Counted from the stretch's first letter, positions 23,601 to 37,450 are shown. The stretch is DNA of 44,048 bases from Welwitschia mirabilis (GCA_051453625.1 JBOZIK010000001.1:46558675-46602722); one strand, 5' to 3'. Numbers and translations are program-made. The notes: generated by a model from the letters alone, not told the origin.

Positions 23601-25620
23601 TTTAAGATGCTCCAACAAATTGGCTTCAGACAAAGCTTCCTTCAATGCAGTAAGATGATTTTCTCAGATGCTTATTCTCGGGTCTGTATCAATGGGTGTA
23701 TCTTTGCTCCTTTTAATTAAAAAGATTAATTTGATAGGGATATCCCTTTTCTCCTTATTTATTTATCAGTATAGAAAATTCTTTGCTACATTGCATTAAG
23801 TCCTACTTGACTTTAGACTCTCTTCATAGTGTTTTCCTTCTTAATCCCTCCAGTCAGTTCTACAATGCTTACTATCCTAGTGACTCTTTCTTATTGGTTT
23901 ATAACACTTTCTTTGATATTACTTCCTTGATTTAGTGCCTAAATATCTATTATCAAGCTTTTAGATCTACCATTTATGAAGACAAATATATCTATTTTTA
24001 CTCTAGGCTAGTCAATAATTGCTAAGCTTATTTCGAGTACAACATCATGTCAAGTAAGTTTTTTATGCTTCTTGTTATATCTTTTAGATTTGATATATCT
24101 ATTTCACAAGTATGATCATTGTTTCTTGAGAATATTTATCACAATACTCAAAATTAACTTTAGAAAGATCTCTTTTTGGCTAGAAAAGCTATTGTCTATA
24201 ATAAAATCCTTGCTACCAGTTATGTGTTCTCTTTCTCATGTCTAGATCCTTTAAATCCTCTGACAATAAGCTTTGTACAATTGTAAAAGATTTTCTTTGG
24301 CATTGTAGAGATCCTTATTGTAAATGATTTTTTAGAGTTGCTTGACATGTATGAATTCATCTCAAAGATCTAGTAGGTTTAACATGAAGGACTTATTTCA
24401 TAAAGACAAAGTCCTTTCTACTCATTAGTTAGTCAGTGTCAGTAACGGAGATGCGTATTGGAAGGTCCTTATGAGAACTTCTATTCAATATATTCTCCCT
24501 CTTGGCTTGACATCTTAACCATCCTTATCCTATTGATAAAGGATTCTCACATCTACTCCCATTAAACTGCATTATTCCATCTTTCTTAAGGTTATCTAGA
24601 ATTCTTGGCTTAGTACTAGATGTTTATTCTAAACTCTTGAAAATCTTATTCATTGAAATACTTTCCTTTAGTGGTCCCTTAAGCTTAGTAACCTAAAAGG
24701 CACTTAGGAGAGTAAAGTGGTTTCGTTGTTATTTTCTTTTATTTAAAAGGGATTAATAAGATTATAAATATTTATTATCATCATTCTAGATTTTGGCTTG
24801 ATTGTTCTTAAGATAAATACATATTCAATCTTTTCAGCAATAAAGAACTACTTATTACCTTCTATATTCTTAGGTTTATTTTTCTTTATTTATTCTAAAC
24901 TATTCAAAGTAACTATGATCTTTAAACTTAGAAGAATAGTCACAATGGAAGACACATGCATGCTAGTTTCATAAAGCATTTATGATTTAAAAATAATCCA
25001 ATATCCATGTACATGAATAAAATTTGGTACATTCAACTCTCAAAGGACTCATGAAAGAGTTATTTTCCTACAATTTAAGGCCTCTCATTCTTCCCAAAAT
25101 TCATATCTTTAATTGATCACTTTTCTATAATGGACTCCCTCTTGGTGGAAGACTTACTCATTTTATAAGTTATATGATCCCCTGTACTTACTATAATGTA
25201 GAAGAATCTCTTGTCCAAATGTTCTAATCCTATTGGATAGATTCTTCTACTTGGAAATGGGCTAGCTGCTCTTTAGCATGGCATTAAATATATAAGCTCT
25301 CTACTCTTATTAGCCTTAGTGAGTCTAGCAATGCCTTACAATGCTGAAAATGATCCTCAATTCGTTACAAGTTTTAATTTAAATTATCAAAGCTCCAAAA
25401 CAAAGGAATTTTCAATAATAAAACCTTTAACTCCTTTTCCTCCTATTTTAAGCATACTTTTCTCTATAGCATTAAGTTGCAAATTCAATGTGATTTCTCT
25501 CCTTTCTCTCTAGAGCTCTCTGATTGAAGCTATTCTCTTATTTAGGATTCCCACTAACTAGTATTGTAATCTCTCTCTTGTTTATTCAGATTTATAAAAG
25601 TCTTTTAATTCAAAAAAAAA
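20620..25620 (+). mobile_element. Near full-length decayed L1-clade LINE (ORF1 DUF4283-type, endonuclease, RT, A tail)
   Basis: ORF 20788-21105 has FLLFYFK...VIKDGPLYVGLTLIFLKSWIKGF...EVSIWVPNL (DUF4283 pattern); GHGGSMLLVHP (21980), SIYDSN..LW, TRLDKF; KALGLDGLPVEFY*YLW (23170), LIKLIPK, WPITLLNISYKII (23352); A9 tail at 25612-25620. Confidence 0.9.
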
Positions 25621-25849
25621 CCAAAGAAAAATCAAAACAAGAGCACTTAATGAACGATGCATACATCTAGGAGAATGGTCCTTATGGTATAGAAAATGCA
25701 AGTTTAAAAAGGCTCTAGTGTTTCATATTTGTTAAGATCTCATCTCTTTTAGTTCGAGCCAAGAGTTATTTAGAGGGCATTCTTCACTAAAGACTGAGAT
25801 ATCATTCAAATCACTTTGTCATTTTTTAATTATCTTAACTTAATGACTT

Positions 25850-27280
25850 TGCCAACAACCCACTTCTTGGCAAAGGTAAGCACTTTGAAGGATGTGGAAA
25901 AGCTTTTCCATAATGCGTTATAACTAATCTCTTTCTTAATTTAGTAAGCAAATAGTTTAATAAGTTAATAGGCACAACTATAAGAGCATAGGATTTCTCA
26001 AAAAAAAGGAATGATCAATACCATCATAGTTGTCCTAGCACATCCCAAGAACATTTCTAATGAACCCCCGATGAAAGTAATTCAAAGGCTCATCCTTTTT
26101 CAATTTTAGCATATCATATCATGCTTATTTTGTCTTTGTTTTGATGATGATCACCTATGGCAAAATTAAGGTTCTTCTAAAACCTATTTAAAGGCCTTAG
26201 ATAAGGAACTCTATAGTTTGTGATGGAAATTCTCTTAATTTCCTTTTTTTTCCTTATAGAAACCCTGTCACATCTCCGATTCTCGTTTCTCATGGGATAG
26301 TTCTCTTTATCAAGATCTTTTAATTCTTAATTCTAGCCATTTGCATTCTTCGTCACTAATCATTATTCCCAAACTTTATTTTGAAGTTTCCAAGGTCTTT
26401 CTCTTGCATGAGAGTTGGGGAAAAATTAACGTGAAAATCCCTTTCTCTTTCAATCCTAGTCTTTCAATGTCCTAATTCTCTGCTATTTTAAGATGTACAT
26501 ATTATGGGCTCCTTTCTCAATTTCACATCAACTTGATTCGGGGAATGTTTAGGGGAGAACCCTTCTCTCTATCAAAATACCATCTAACAAAATCTCTGGA
26601 AATCTCCAGATGCTGAGAAGCAATTTGGTCATTAGAGATTTCTAAGGTTATTTATCAAATTTACTTAGATTTTACATCTAGTCCTCTAAGTTTTAAAAAT
26701 TCACTTTCTACTATCATCTTCAAACCAATTTTTGTGTTGAATAGAAATAAATTATTCAAAATGTTTTACTTGTCTTCAGTAATTAAATCAGATTCTAGTG
26801 TACAATTGCCTCAGAGTGTTTCAATCTCATTAGAAACCTTATAATTTTTGCAAAAATTCAAAAATCCATTGTTAAAACTTAAATTTAAAATCTTGTAATT
26901 AAATAATGTTGCATTTTTAGATTTGGATGCTTACCGCTTTTAAAAAAATAAATGGATACTAATTAACTCTTAGAAATACAAGTACTCCATTTAGATAAGT
27001 CTTGTTTAAAATTTTCCTTAGTTTATAAGCAAGTATTATGGCACAAAAACTCTAGTATACTATCATTAATATTTGTAAATTGATGAACTCTTTCAAGTAT
27101 ACTTTCAAATTCTAAGAAAATCATCAATTTCAATTACTTTTTTTTTCATTCCTCCTATTAGACAGCTATCTTTAATTCTTTGGAAAAATTTGAATCTTTA
27201 TTAAGATCTTCATGTGATCAATTTTAGATGGTAAAAGAGGTTTGGACAAATTCGCTTTAAGAATATGTTGCCTTCTAATT
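25850..27280 (-). mobile_element. Decayed LINE ORF2 fragment (end of endonuclease to start of RT), convergent with the previous LINE
   Basis: Minus strand: PINLLNY near 25972-25952, WKLQNKVWE-like near 26390-26365, and a KIDH motif resembling the SDH block near 27220. Confidence 0.55.
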
Positions 27281-28679
27281 TAAAAAAAAAAAAAGCTTAG
27301 AATTCACTGATAGCTTTTAACAAGCATACTATCTATGCACTAAATAAATCATAAACTCTTTCTCATAACATAGTATAAATTACAATTTATCATTTGCTAG
27401 ATTGAGAGAGTATAAACCTAAGAAGAAGAAGATTTGAAAGGAAGTTAACCCTCTATATTGGATCATATGGCCACACTCAATCATACTAGAAGGTATGCAC
27501 ACCCTCGAAGATATTTGGTTAACATGGAGAATGATTTATAATTTCATTAATTTGAATTCATTGGAGATTCCTAGTTCATTATTTCAAAGGACTTTAACTT
27601 GAAAGATCTCAATTTAAAACATCTTAAATGGTTGTTCTAATCCTAAATTAATAGCTTCTTGGATGCAATGAGGTTTGGTATCCTTAGCATGTGTAGTTTT
27701 CAAGAGGAATGATTTGTCATCGAACTCGTTCGATTCGTTCTATGGTTCTATGCATAACATTAAGAGATATTCACTATTAGTTATTCACTTTTCTAGAGTA
27801 CAAAACAATCAATTTTGATAATAATAACTCAATCCTAAAGAATTTGAAAAATGTTTCATTCATGTTTTCTTAGATGAATGAAACATTTTATAATCTAAAT
27901 ATAATAATAATATTTTATAATAATATTTTATATCTTTTTCTACAGTTTGATGGAAAAAGATATAATAATATTTTATAATCTAAATAGAAAATGGAAAATA
28001 GATGATACTAAAAGTACATGAATTAAAAGATTTTCAAACATTTAGAAAATGCTTGCACTTCAAGAACATAAGGATCTTAATCAGTATCTTCTTTATATTG
28101 TCTTTAGGTAGTCATCTTCATAACCTAAGGGTGCACTCTATTCTTTTCCCTTTACACAAAGATGAGGAATCATTTAAGCATACATTCATAACATGTACTT
28201 TTATTATCAAGATGTGGATGTGGACTAGTACTGCCATTTAGATATAAAATTTATAGTTTTTGCAGGTATTCTTAAGTTATTAAAGGTTAGTGCCTTCATC
28301 TGGCATTACATGTGACCTTGTATTTTATATTATCTATGATAATTTCATTGTAAAGTTATTTTTTAAAATGCATACCCTTATTCTTTTATAAACTTTTAGG
28401 CAAAATCTAATATTTTGTAGCATTTTGCATCTCACACATGAACTCCACTGAAGAAGATTTAGCTTGAGGTCAATTACCTCATGTAGCCTCTTTTGCACTA
28501 GTCTGGTGGACATTGTTCAATGTCTAAGAACTCCCCAAAGGGGATCTCCACTGAGCAAGTCTCCTTGCATCTCGCCTCAGATGTTGCCATCAAGTAGCAC
28601 CTAGAGTGACAGATGAAATGATTCAAGATTTATCACCTTGGAAACTAATGAAGAATATTGAATTTTATTTTATGTGGCT

Positions 28680-29552
28680 TATGTAAGGCTTTTGCCCTTT
28701 CAAACTATGTTATTTAATGTTGCTTAAACTATTGCCTAAGGATCATTTGATGTTTAAAGATACCCTCCTTAGGAAGAGATGTAAAGCTTCCAAAATTAAA
28801 AGTATAAGGACATTGTCATGGTAATCAAATGAAATCAGAAAAGGAGTTAAGAAATACATTACAAATAAAAAGAGGAAAAACCTTACTGGCACAAGAAGAG
28901 AAGCCATAAAAACAACCCTAAGTGGCAAATAAGAGAAAAGCCTTAGTGACGTAAGAAGAGAACCTTATTGACAAGCTTATGTGCTAAAACTATAAATGCT
29001 TAAGTGACAAGTCAAGAGAGAGTATACCTTGAAGGAGGAGGAGATTATCCCACAGCCTAAGTATCATTTCTAATAAGCATTATAGGAAAAATTAAGGGGA
29101 AGAGAGAGAATGTAATTTGGAGAAAATCTAAGAAGATAAAGACATAGAAGTGGAAACAAAAGTGAATAAGACTAAAATCATGTGAAGTGTAGTATGTCCA
29201 TGACAACAATAAAACTATGTAGAGGGCAATATATCCCTAGCCAAGATGAAATCATGCAAAGGGCAATGTATGCGTAATTAAGATGAAAACCATCCCTAGA
29301 AGAAGAGGAAAGGTTATATGGATAAGCTTGAAAAGTGTAATCTCCACCCTTCTTTAATTCAATAAAAGGAAGTAACTTGTCTCATAAGAGAACAGAGGAC
29401 ATCAAAACCATATCACTTGTAATTTGTTCTTGAATAATTGATTAATTGTTATAAAATCTAATATTTATTTGACTTCTATTAAATATCTATTATTTACTTG
29501 CTTTGAACACTTAACAATGTAATATCTATTCCTATGATACATTGGGTCTAAC
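28680..29552 (+). mobile_element. Probable solo or partial LTR
   Basis: Degenerate short repeats (AAGAGAAAAGCCTTAGTGAC, AAGAGAACCTTATTGAC) at 28870-29020, promoter-like CAATAAAAGGA near 29360, T-rich U5-like part ending TTGGGTCTAACA at 29552. No target-site duplication found. Confidence 0.35.
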
Positions 29553-30149
29553 ACATCAAAAGAGTTAAATTTGATTATTACCAATACAATGCTAAATCAT
29601 GTTAATAAAACTACAATATAAAAAGTTAGTCTTTGAAAAAGATAAAATAAAATTTCTAATTTGCATTTGTAGCCTAGATCTAGCTTTTATGTATCACAAT
29701 GCTTAAGTTTTCAATTTTTATAAATAAACATATAGATTTGAATTACATCTGTATATTTAAAATTCATTTCTTAAATAAGAAACTTATGATAACCTAAAAG
29801 AATTAATTGTATATTTTTCCTTTTATGATATCATGATTTTGTATTTAATATAATGTAGAAGTCATCTTAAAAACTTTGACACACAAATCATTTCTAATAA
29901 ATAAGTAGAAATTAATGAATTCGTTAATACCATAATATTCTTATGGGCCATGACATTTGTAAGTTGATTTTCTAATATCAATTAATACATGTCATGTTGA
30001 TTAGATCTGTATTTCATAATAAATACAAAATAAGAAATTTTAAAGTTTCAAGACATTTTTAAGAGATTTTTTTTGATAAACTGATAAAAATCAACGAAAA
30101 ATAGTCTATAATGAATGGGTTATTAGTCAGCAAAAAAGAGTCTACCTTA

Positions 30150-31750
30150 TTAAAAAAAAGGTCAATTTTTTTAAGGCTATGAGTTGTCCCTACAACTATT
30201 AGTAATCGCTTTTTCAATCATTGAACCTTGCTAGATATATTCCCCTCAATTGAAATAGAGAAAACATGTTAAAGTGTTGAAGATAAATAGTCATGTATTA
30301 ATTGGCCTTTTCTATCAAGTTACGCAATTTTCAATGCAAAAATCACTAATCACAAACTTTACCTAATAAAGCATTACTAATCTATGCCACACAGCTTATG
30401 TGGAGGTTTCATCTTACACACCTCTATGAGTGGAATCATCCAAATAACATCAACTAATTGTTAAAGCCTTTCAGTCCTTTATGTTCCATTTGTTAATGGT
30501 AATATAATCATGTGTCACTCATGACCCTAGTATAAGATTACTAATCTATGCCACAAACCTTGTGTGTAGGTTTCATCTTACACACCTCTATGAGTGGAAT
30601 CATCCAAATAACATCAACTAATTGTTAAAGCCTTTCAATCCATTATGTTCCATTTATTAATGGTAATATAACACGTTTCATTTATTATCCTTATATAAGC
30701 TACTCAAGATCACATTCATATAAAAAAATCCTCCATCTTGATATTCCATAATTTATAATTGCAACTAGAAAGCATGTCTATGAAAACAAATATCCTCTTC
30801 GTCATGCAAAATAGCTCATATTGAAACTTGAGAGTAGAAAATTTGTAACTGTAGACACTTTTATGAAAACCCTACTAGGAAATGACTATAGGATTCTATG
30901 CCTAAAAGCACTATTAATTTAACAAATACGAAAATGGTGTAGAGATGTCTAGGATACAATTTGATAGATGCAAATAAATTCTTTAAAAGGCAGAAACAGT
31001 GGAAATTTTGACTGTTTATAAGGCTATAGGTATAAAAAAAGTACCTTAAAGGAAGTACGAAGCAGGAACAATAGTGTGATCAGAAGCAAGTGAAATTGTT
31101 AAAGGCAACATCATCGACACTTGGAGTTGCCTAGTGATATTATTTAATAACATCTTCATCTATTAAAAACCAAATTCATCCTTACATACCATCATTCAAA
31201 GATGCCTTTTTTTTGAAATTGTCACGATTCCCATTACCTTTTTTTGTAATCGTCACCATTCCCATAACCTAGTGATGAAACAATGACCATACATTTTCTT
31301 GAAATGGTTCCCACTTGTTATCACAAAGTGATGTCATCTTGCAATGCCTTCTACTTGTAATTCACTAAACCTATCGTTAATTACTCTCATCTGATGACAC
31401 AAGTAGTGATGATATAATGGCATAACTATTTGATTAACTTATCTTCTAATGTCCCATAGAATCCTAACATATTTAGGCAATGGACATGTCCTTACAAAGT
31501 AATCTTCTTGATTGCTTAAATAACATAACACAAGTAGCAAGTATTGAGGATACCACTGGGAGAGTGCCGCTACCAACTCTGTTGCCTCATCTCATCAGGT
31601 AGGATGAAACCCTTGTATTCAATTTGCAATGTAAGTCAGGTACTTATTCAATACGTTGACTTAATAATATTTAATTCTTCCTTCTCAAATTGTGTATCAT
31701 ATGACACCATTGATTCATGTTATTTTAATTCCTATCTATATGATTCATAA
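30150..31750 (-). mobile_element. Probable PIF/Harbinger relic: Myb/SANT (trihelix-like) ORF followed by transposase N-terminus
   Basis: With frameshifts, ELQVEGIAR...CDNKW/NHFKKMY (31365-31288) fits G..R...C..KW.NLKK.Y; ELFCMTKRIF (30817-30788) fits E.FRMSK..F; KALTIS*CYL fits the ..LAITL.YL helix; VVGTTH (30196-30179) may derive from VVGAIDGTH. Confidence 0.45.
30373..30699. repeat. 164-bp direct tandem duplication
   Basis: Copies at 30373-30536 and 30537-30699, both starting ATTACTAATCTATGCCACA and sharing a long identical core AGGTTTCATCTTACACACCTC...AAAGCCTTTCA. Confidence 0.95.
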
Positions 31751-31836
31751 TTTGAGACTAATTGGGTGATAGCCTATTAAAATTATTAAGTGACTAGTAT
31801 TTGTTAGTCATATGCATTATTATTTTCATAATCTAG

Positions 31837-34800
31837 TTTTTTTGTTTTTTTGTTGTAATACAAAAATAATAATTTTATTAATCAAGTGAAGGAAATAACA
31901 TGAGTGACATCAACATTGCTTTAGGAGTTACTCGTCTAAGCAAGGTAATAGTCCCTTTGGTAATCATAACCCCATATATCAGCATCAAATTTGACAAGAT
32001 TATCATTTTATTTTCACTCAGACAAGGGTTTAAGGCTAGCATATCCTAGAGGATTAACAACAATTAAATATTCATTATCATTAAATTTTGGTGTGGGACA
32101 AACTTAGGCAAGTGGGACTACATAAATTGGTTCTACATCCCTTTCTTCTTCCTACTTTAATGTGTTAGTGATGAGCTCTATGGCATGGGTAGTCCATGCT
32201 CTTCATCTGCACTATTCCATTGTGGTGGATCCTGAAGTAGAATTTTTCTTATAGGCCCCAATGAAATGTCTTGTCATGCCAATAGTCCTGCATCCAATTA
32301 TTTTTATCTTTAATAGAGTAATCATTTTAAACCCTTGTGATGGATTTTACAACTTTGGAGGGCATGCAGAAGTGAATCAGTGAGAATTAAAGGGAAATCA
32401 ATGTTAAGCTCTCCCATCCTTATAGCTAAGAAATGATAATGAAGTTGATTAATCTTATCAAAATGGCCTTCTAAAGTGAAAGTACTTCATTATCACACTA
32501 TTCTAATTGTCAAATGATTTGGGCGGTCCTTCCTATAGCAGCTTCCACCTCTCTTTTAAAGAAGTTTATTAATGAGTCGTTCAAAATCAAGGATAATAAA
32601 GGCCATTCTTGTGCCTCTTTTCAACTCCACTCCTCTAGCATCTATCCTTATAGTGTCGCTAAATTCCTGTAGGATTAATAAAGATGGTTGTGTTTCCAAT
32701 CATGGCCAATCTTCCATCCCATTTGCAAAAGAGGCCTTTGAAAGGTTAAGGTCACAACCTCTTAAGCTACCATATAGGAGTCCCATCCAGCTAACTAATT
32801 AGTACATCTTAATAGAATGGCTTTATGCATAGCACCTTATCCATCTTGTGCGGTGCATCTTCGATGCGCTTTCCATGCACCTCTGATGAACTTTGCTCTA
32901 CTCTATAAGAAAAGGCTACATTATGGCTAAGATTGCAAGTGGCGTTGTGAAAACTTGATTAGAAGAGGAGGGTTATCTTCCCCTTTTAAAGCCCTGGACT
33001 TCAATGATTTCTTCAACATGCCTATCAAATTGGGTTTTTAGCTTTTGCATTAGGAGATTTTTATTTTTAAAATAATTACACATATATATTCCCATAAGAG
33101 TCAACAACCAATGTTCATATGTAATTTCTTTTAGAAATGTTGAAATGATATCAAATTAAAACCGTCAAGAGCATTGGTGTTCAAATTTGTCCATAACTAC
33201 AAAGTTTAAAAAGACAAAATTGATTTTCATTATGTTGTTGATATAGCAGGCAATCCGGATTAACATGTAGATTCTCGTGAACCAAATGTTCAACAGGGGG
33301 AATCTTGCCCTTCACCATAACCCACAAAAAGAATTTGTTTTTCCCCTACTACTTGCATTTTCTAGATCTTTTTCTAGTGACTATCATGTTTAAACAAATT
33401 ATGATACATTATTAAAACACTAATTTTGCCTTTTTTGAGAGGGAGATCAGCTTCTGAGGTATTTTGTTATAAACATTTTGGCCAAAATTGAGTTGTCATA
33501 TTTCATACTGCTTTCCTAATAATAGAGTCATGTCATTGATTGGTGTAAACAGAATTGAAGAAAATAATCCAAGGAATGTTCTTATCACATTTAAATCAGC
33601 AAAGTAATTTAGTTAACATGCAATTACTCATACCTTTGATCTTTCTAACCCCAAGTCTTCCAACTGATTTAGGCACGACAATTTCATCAAAACTGACTAA
33701 GTGTACACACTATTCTGATTTACTTCCCAATTAAATAAGTCTGAGATAATACTATCAATCATATCCACAATATTGTTTGAGATCGATAAACAACTCACTA
33801 TATATATTGACATGCTAGAAATCTAAGGTTTTTCTATGAGCAATTTTCGTTGACTACTTAAAAATTTGTTTTGACATATATGAAGTTTTGCACTCATTTT
33901 GTAAATGAAAGACTCTCATATTGTAACCAAATAGTTATGTAGACCAAGAGGTATCCTAAGATAAATATCTAGAAAGTGGCCTTGATTACAATCCAACATT
34001 TAGAGCAATTTCAGTTTCTGTTACCTTTAATTTGTACCAATTTACTCTTAATCCTAGAAATGTTCAAAAGTTCTCTAAGGTAGTTGTAGTTTCCATTGTA
34101 ACAAGAACACAAGAATCTAGACATAACAAGATTTCTTCTACAAATTAAAGGATTGATCTACGAAGTAAAGAATTGGAGCATTCAAAGCAAATTACACTAC
34201 TTGCAATTTTTTTAGAGTTATTTTATCCAAAGAAGCCCTCACTAAGATAAGGAGAAGGGGAGAAAGAGGATCACCTTGCTGAAGTCCACATCTGCTTAAA
34301 ATGCTTACCATTGATTATTATAGAGATGTGTACCAAACAAATGCTTAAGTGTACAAAATTCACCAACTGCATGGGGAAAGCACACCATTCCAATACAAAT
34401 GCAACAATAGGCCATGCTTTGGTGATATCTAGGTTTAAAAACATTGCTACTTGCTCAAGTTTGTGATGTAAGTGTACAAGTTCATTTGCTAAGATGATGT
34501 TGTCATGTATGAGTCTTCATTTGATAAGAGGAAAGAATAATATCAAGAAGAATTTAACTAATCTGTCTTGCAAAAACTTTAGTGCATAAGTTGCGTATAA
34601 CATTGCAAAGACCAATAGATATCAGTAGGTGAGGTTGCATCCTCCTTTTTGCGAATGAAGGAGATAAAGAGTATCATTAAAAGATTTACAAATCTACCTT
34701 TATAAAAGGCTTCTTTGATTGTGGCACAAATGTCTAGTTTGACAATGTTCCAGTAGGTGTGGAAGAATTCTATAGGATAACCATTTGGACTTGGAGCTTT

Positions 34801-37450
34801 AGTCTATTGCATGGCTTTCAAGGCTACCCATATTTGTCATCATTCAATGGCTCTTATAAGACATGAAGATGTTCTAGTTGAATGCATGGACCAATGAGGG
34901 AAGGATGAAACTGCACTTGTGTTTTAGAAAAAAGGTTTTATAAGTAATTAATGAACTATTTGACATTTTCATGGTTACTGTGTGGGCAACTGCAGGCACA
35001 CTCCATTTTATGTACTTCCATAGTCAGTGGACGTTAATAGTGTGGGAAAAGAATTTTGTGTTCCTATCACCATCAGAAAACCATTTTGTCCATGATCATT
35101 GTTTCTAATGGATTTCTTCTTTACGATAGATGTCATGAAGCTAATCAAATAATTCTTTTTCTTATTGACTGAAGACTCTTATTTGTTTGTTATGGGTTTG
35201 TATAGAGTTGAGTTCTTGTATCAGCCTTAGCTTTGTGTTATTGAAAGCATATAGATGTTCTTTATCCAATGAATTAGTTATTTCCAAAGCAACTTGAGTT
35301 TAATAAATAAAACAAAGGATGGTGTACCTTCCATAAGTGTCTTCTAAATTAAGATCAAAGGTGGGTAAGATCAACATCAAATGGTCACCTATAAAGCCTA
35401 CAAGTGATTTATTTATAGTACCATGTAAGCATAACTCCAACATCTTGGTTGGGTATACTCGGATATCAAAATGAGTGTATCACCATGTTAACAATTTTCA
35501 AATTTGAACATCCTTCTCCTATGTAGTAGCTCCCAACATTGTAGAATTGGTCTATGGTCAAAAAAGAACCTATGAAGAGCTTCCAATCCAAAGCAATTGA
35601 GATGTTCTTTAACAATGCATCTATCAATTCAAAAGAGAATGGGATGAGGTTCCTGGCATAAGTTACTCCAAGGGTCATGGACTTCATGTAACAGTAGGCC
35701 TTTCAATTTATTATCTTACAAACATTCATTAAAAGCTACCTAGCTCTAATTATAGCAAAGAAAAGTTCCTTGCTTTTCGTATGAACTTAGTGTTTGATTA
35801 AAGTCACTTATAATGATATGTGGATTCTTACTGTTCTTGATGCCATAGAAATTGGTAATTTTCCACTAGATTGCATTGTAAAACTGCTTAATTGTAAAAC
35901 GAAACTTCCTGTTACTAACAAGATTTACTTACCCATACTTCCAAAAAATCATGAGTCCACCTTTTGTTCTGATGCTTGGAACAAGGATGTAATTTCGTGG
36001 TGTATCCAATTTTGTTTCTGGTAATAAGCACAGATAAACAGAGTTCTCCAATACAAAAGTCCAAGGTATGAAAGCTTGTGGGCCTTTCCAAGCGCTCTAC
36101 AATTTCAAGAGAATCATTTATAACCAAAGTAGACAATGTTGTGTACATTTCAAATGTGCTCTAGAAGGTTTTCCCCTTGCCATTGTACTATTTGGTCTAC
36201 ATTTCTTCTTTTCCAAAGAAGGATGAGGGCTCGACAATTTGAGAGGTGAGACAATTGGGCTTTAGGGTCTCAATGGCATCACAGGGATGGAGTCTACACA
36301 TTTAGATGAAGTGTTTTCAACATACTCCTATTGTTTTTCTATGATATCATCAATCATCTATACAATTTTTGTTCTGGAGACGAAACGATACACCATTTTT
36401 CATAGTAGGTTGTTCCACAATGAACTCTTCATTTGTCATTCTTGTTTGTCTTCGTGATGTTTGTCATCTCAATCTTCCACCATTTGATTTGCATGTTGAT
36501 CTACTAAATCATTAGTATGTTCCTCCTCTTATTGAAGGACTACACCTTTGTTTGCTTGTGTCATTGGAATATTATTTGGAGCCAAAATCAGTTCTCTCTT
36601 TTCTCCTCCTTTTTGACTTGCCACCTTCCATCTTTTTGAGGTTTGATTTTGATCTTTTTTGTGCATGTTCATGCCATATCCTTTTCTTTTCCACCATTGA
36701 AACAACAAATTAGAATATTTTCTCTATCCAATGCAAAATTCATTTCTCCCCATTCTGTTTTCATTATAATCATGTTGCATCTCGGACTGTCCACTTTCAT
36801 GTAACACGCATTCTTGGTATAGCCATCTGTATCATTTTGTCTGTAACATGGTCCAATTTTACAAATCCACCAAGTATATTAGCTAATTGGTAAAAGAAAT
36901 CAAGATGCCAAATTTCCAAATGGGGATGATAAATTTTAATCCAAACTGGAACCTTTTTGAAAATGTTTTTCTTATCAAGAATAAATTGTTTCCATTTTGT
37001 CAAAGCTACGCATAGGTGTCAAAAGCAATAGGGTCCAGTGGCTAGAACATTTGTCATTGTTTTTTTCAAATTTGAAAATGAAATGCAAAAAACCATTTCA
37101 AAGAGGAATTACTTCACATTTGTCTAGGAATTTCTCATTAGACCATAACTTGTACTTTGTCCATAAATGGAAGTCCACATGAAGATTGACAATGGCCAGT
37201 CAGACTATTCTTGAATCAGTTTTCCATGAATTTGGACTACTCCTTTGGCATCTTGGCTCTGAGCACATTATCATCTATCTAAAAGTTAAATTATTTCTTG
37301 GAAAACAAATGATTTTATAGAAAAGCCAGAGGCCATTGTAGAAAAAGTTTTTAGAGGATTTGCAGCCCTCAAAGAAGAGACTGCCATGTTACCAGATCCT
37401 ATTGACAAATTTCCAGTTGAAGCACTTCCGCTATCTTAAATGTCTCACAT
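31837..37450 (-). mobile_element. Near full-length decayed plant L1 LINE with ORF1 (DUF4283 plus zinc-knuckle relic), endonuclease, RT, zf-RVT and an RNase H-like domain
   Basis: ORF 36797-37003 KKVPVWIKIYHPHLEIW...LANILGGFVKLD; NCRAL (~36235); IIISDFN (~35800); GDH (~35385); KAPSPNGYP (34800-34774); GLQQGDPLSP (34287-34258); YLRIP (~33955); KFFLWVMVKGKIP (~33320); IRIDARG...LILTDS (32660-32375); A-rich tail at 31837-31854. Confidence 0.92.
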
